This document shows, one piece after another, positions 60,736 to 64,000 of a stretch of DNA of 64,000 nt. Each line of letters starts with the position of its first letter. The first letter of the stretch is position 1. The translations under genes and the position numbers were made by a program. Under the pieces are notes generated by a model. The model had not been told where the DNA came from. It saw nothing but the letters and a program-made list of their open reading frames with translations, and did not search any database. This DNA is from Vicugna vicugna (taxonomy: Eukaryota), in contig MU062233.1 of the NCBI GenBank assembly GCA_013265495.1, forward strand, positions 6,478,554 through 6,542,553. Direction: 5' to 3'.

Positions 60736-62171
60736 AAACAGAGAAGCCTTTGTGTGCAGGGAGCAAGCGATTGGCAGTCCTGAGGCTAAACAGGGGGAGC
60801 GGGAAAGGGAGCGCTGACACAGGTTTCCAAGGTCTGATAGGATGCACTGGAGGGGGGTTAACTCTTTGTGTCAGGCTCCGAGGCTTCTGTGGGGAGAATT
60901 TCAGTCTGTGGCTCATGGTAAAGCGAAGAACTTCAAAAAATAAAAAATAAATAACACCTCCTTGGCTTGAAAAGGGACACACATCCTCCTGTAGCCAGTG
61001 TTCAGTTCCAGGCTGAAGCAACTGGAAGAGAGAGCAATGTCTGTCCAAGGGGAGAGTTTTTGATAGATTATATGACAGAACTTCCTTGGAGTCCTAACAT
61101 CTAAACACTGCAGGCTGTTCCTCTGCCGCTGCTCCCCCCCAGCTCCTCCCCTCCTCATCCTGGTCAGCTGGGACAGCCAGAGAGGAGAACAGGCAGCCTG
61201 GACCACATCTCCTCCTCATTGCCCCTCCCCCAGAGGAGGAGGTTGGCACTGTCAGAGGGAAGCTGGCAGGCTGCTGACTCAGCCCACCCTGGTTGCACCC
61301 CCAGGCACCAGCAGCCGTGTCAGTATCATTCGCCAAGGTGCCGGGCACCAATGGACACTGGGTGAGCTTGGGCTCTGCTCACAGCCAAAACTGAGTGAGG
61401 CAGGTGGCCCTCAGCCCAGCCCCCTATCCTCCACTGCTTGGAGCCCACCTGCCCCAGTGCCTGTGCGCCCTTCCACAGCCCCACCTCTGCCCAGAAATTG
61501 CTTCATTCAATCTTACTGAAGTGAGCAAGTCAAGCTTCCTGGAAGTCTGCAGAATCTGACTTCCAGACTTTGGCAGGGGGAGAAAAAGGAAACGAGATTC
61601 TTTTTGCCACTCAAAGCCTGGGCCCATGGGACTCCCCAGGAGGAGGTCAGAAATAAACACGGTGGTGGATGGCATATCTCGCTGAACAGCACATCAGTCC
61701 TCATCCCCCTCCTCCAACTGTTATTCATCACCTTTCCTTCCACAAAGATTTCTGAGCACCTTGCCAGTGTCAGGTTCTTTGCTGGGTAGTGGGGACACAA
61801 GTGGTGAATGAGACAGATCAGTTCCTGCCACCAGGAGCCTTCAGTCTGTCCAGATGGGCACAGAGCTATTCACATACTAATCAAGAAGATGCTGTGAGTT
61901 GTGCTGGGTAAACAGTGGCTGCCAGTGAAGAGAGGTGTCCCTGATGGCATGACATCCATTCTCCCAGGTGAATTTCAGTTTCCAAGGTCGATGAAATGTC
62001 ACCAGCTCTTCTCTACATCTCAGGGGTTAGGGGGGAATCACCAGAATTTGCTATCCGGAGACAGCAGCAGCATATTGAAGCAGTATTGAGCCTTGGTGCT
62101 CCAGCAAGTGAGTCTGATCTCAGACTCAGGGCTGATCCTTCAGACTGGGTTTGTTATTTAAAACAGTACTC

Positions 62172-62316
62172 AGGGGAGTGATGGAAATGTTAACTATCTT
62201 GATTGTGGTGGTGGTTTCATCGGTGTATACATCTATCAAAATTCATCAAACTGTACATCTGAAATATGTGTAGTTTACTGTACAGGAATCATACAACAAT
62301 AAAGATGTTAAAAAAA
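62172..62316 (+). mobile_element. L1M 3' tail
   Basis: gtgatggaaatgttaactatcttgattgtggtggtggtttc...caataaagatgttaaaaaa. Confidence 0.8.
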
Positions 62317-62334
62317 TAGTACTTAGCCTACTTG

Positions 62335-62337
<3 letters not shown>

Positions 62338-62367
<30 letters not shown>
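62338..62367 (+). repeat. (GT)15 microsatellite
   Basis: Direct read. Confidence 0.97.
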
Positions 62368-62369
<2 letters not shown>

Positions 62370-63208
62370 AATACCCGTGAAATTTGTACCTGATGCTCTA
62401 GGGCACCGAGCAAATGTAATGATGTGTTAGAAATGAGGTTGCTACTGGGCACTGAACCCTCTCCACTTCAAAGACAGGATCACTGGGCAGAACCCTGGGC
62501 TCACTCAGGTGAAAAGCAAGAAGCTTTTATCAGGGGTGCCCGGAGTTCCCAGGACTTTGCCCTTGGCAGCTCCTGGGTCTCCCTCAGCCACAGGGCACGT
62601 TCTCCTTCACCTTCAGTGTCTGATTGCTACTCACCAGCTCATTCAGCATGATCCTCCCAGATACCTCATCAGAAACCCCTTTTCCCCCTGAGTTTATAGG
62701 AAGGCATCCAGGCTCACTGCCCTCCTGCAGGCTGGCTAAGATAGAAGGACGGCTAAGAAAGCCCCTGCCTGGGCTGGGGTGGTGGCCTCCAAAAGGACCA
62801 GACCACTGTCACACTTCAGTACCCCCTGTGCTGATGGAGAAGGGGGTGTCTCTGAAATCAAGAATGCAATACAGTAAACGTGGTCCCGCCAGAGACTATG
62901 CCACCCTCCTTCATGGTGGACACAAGGGTGAAGTGTCTGGGAGGAAGGGTGACTTCTTGCTGTATGAGCAAAGCAGGAGCAGGATGAGGAAAGAGCTTGC
63001 TTTGGTTTCTAAGTTCCTGCAGTACTTATTCTTTTGCTTTTTTCCTTAGAGTCCATAAATCGGGGGACCAAGTGTCAGATAAAGAGACCAAATAAATTGC
63101 CTAAAATCTTATACAAAAATTTTTGAGTCTGTGTATTTTGTGCCTTCTCCTGAGGAGAAGATCCCTTTATACAGTTTCAGCAGAATCTCTTTTGAAAGAG
63201 TTCAGGAT

Positions 63209-63354
63209 GGTGGGGGTGGGTATAGCTTAGTGGTAGAGTGTGCTTAGCATGCATGAGGTCCTGGGTTCAATCCACAGCACTTCCATTAAAAAAAGAAAGA
63301 AACCTAATTACCTCATCCCCCCCAAAAAATTTTAAAAATAAAAAAAATAAAATA
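63209..63354 (+). mobile_element. tRNA-derived SINE (Vic-1-type) with 14-bp TSD
   Basis: TSD aaagagttcaggat (63195-63208) / aaagagttcaagat (63355-63368); same head and tail as 30131-30299. Confidence 0.9.
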
Positions 63355-64000
63355 AAAGAGTTCAAGATCCAACAAAGAAACTGCTGAAGAAAATGCTGGG
63401 CAGGGCACAAATTCACAGATTGGTCTCACCCCAATTTGCAGATGAGGACACAAAGGACCAGAGAGGGGAAGTCGTTCAGCTGGTTAGTGAGAGAGTCAGC
63501 TTAAAACTGCCCCCCTAATCCCAGTCAGGTGGTGCTTCCACTGCCTCATAGCAACTGGCTTTCTTTTAGGACACAACGTGGAGGACTGGGGTCTTGGGGC
63601 ATGTTTCCTTCGAATCTGTGCGTGGGCTTACAGTGGCGTCTGGGTGAGGGCTCCTGGTGAGGGGCTCCGCCAGGACCGTCGACTCGTTCAACGGACCCTG
63701 TCTTCTCTCGCAGGCGGGGCTTGGCATGAGTTCAAGTGCTACCGACAGATCCGCCCCAGGGTAGGATGGAGCGAGGGCCCCTCTGAAAGGCAGCAAAAGC
63801 AGCAGCCAGACAGGTGGAAGCACCACTTATATCACTTACTCTCACCCTCCCTTCAGGGCAATTCCAATTCTAATTCTACTCAGAGCCTTCCCATTTTAGG
63901 GGGGAAAAACTTGTCCAGGGAAGCAGGGGATTAGGGCAGAATGGCTGGTTTTAGGGTCCAGTGAAGTCTCATTTTCCACAGGAACTGGTTCCAAGACCTC

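Noticed and set aside
54000-64000. BMF exons expected from human synteny
   Set aside because: I found no BH3 motif (IARKLQCIADQFH) or other BMF coding sequence on either strand; the gene probably lies beyond the window.
1-64000. CRISPR arrays, rRNA genes, prokaryotic operons or defence systems
   Set aside because: This is mammalian intron/intergenic DNA, with no regularly spaced repeat-spacer units or rRNA-like sequence.

Overview
Mammalian genomic DNA, probably camelid (inferred from three copies of a tRNA-derived SINE and the L1 3' tails; not a database match), from a draft assembly with four short N gaps. Bases 1-22.4 kb hold the 3' part of EIF2AK4 (GCN2) on +: 12 coding exons for the HisRS-like and C-terminal domains. 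The penultimate coding exon is absent and probably lies in the N gap at 21457-21612. SRP14 (5 exons, 110 aa, no primate poly-Ala tail) lies tail-to-tail on - at 23154-25875, with a CpG-island promoter near 25.9-26.1 kb. From 26 to 64 kb I find no supportable coding exon, only MIR/L2/L1/LTR/hAT repeats and a few GC-rich putative regulatory patches. Most unusual: (1) a perfect spliced-mRNA copy of SRP14 exon 3 (3' part) plus exon 4 is fused directly onto genomic exon 5, either an in-situ cDNA-templated insertion or an assembly chimera with a retrocopy; (2) a ~495-bp mRNA-3'UTR-like retro-insertion with target-site duplications (TSDs) splits a MIR beside the SRP14 promoter; (3) a composite insertion with a locally templated 65-bp duplication sits in an EIF2AK4 intron. 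Repeat family names come from recalled consensus sequences and need RepeatMasker/Dfam confirmation.
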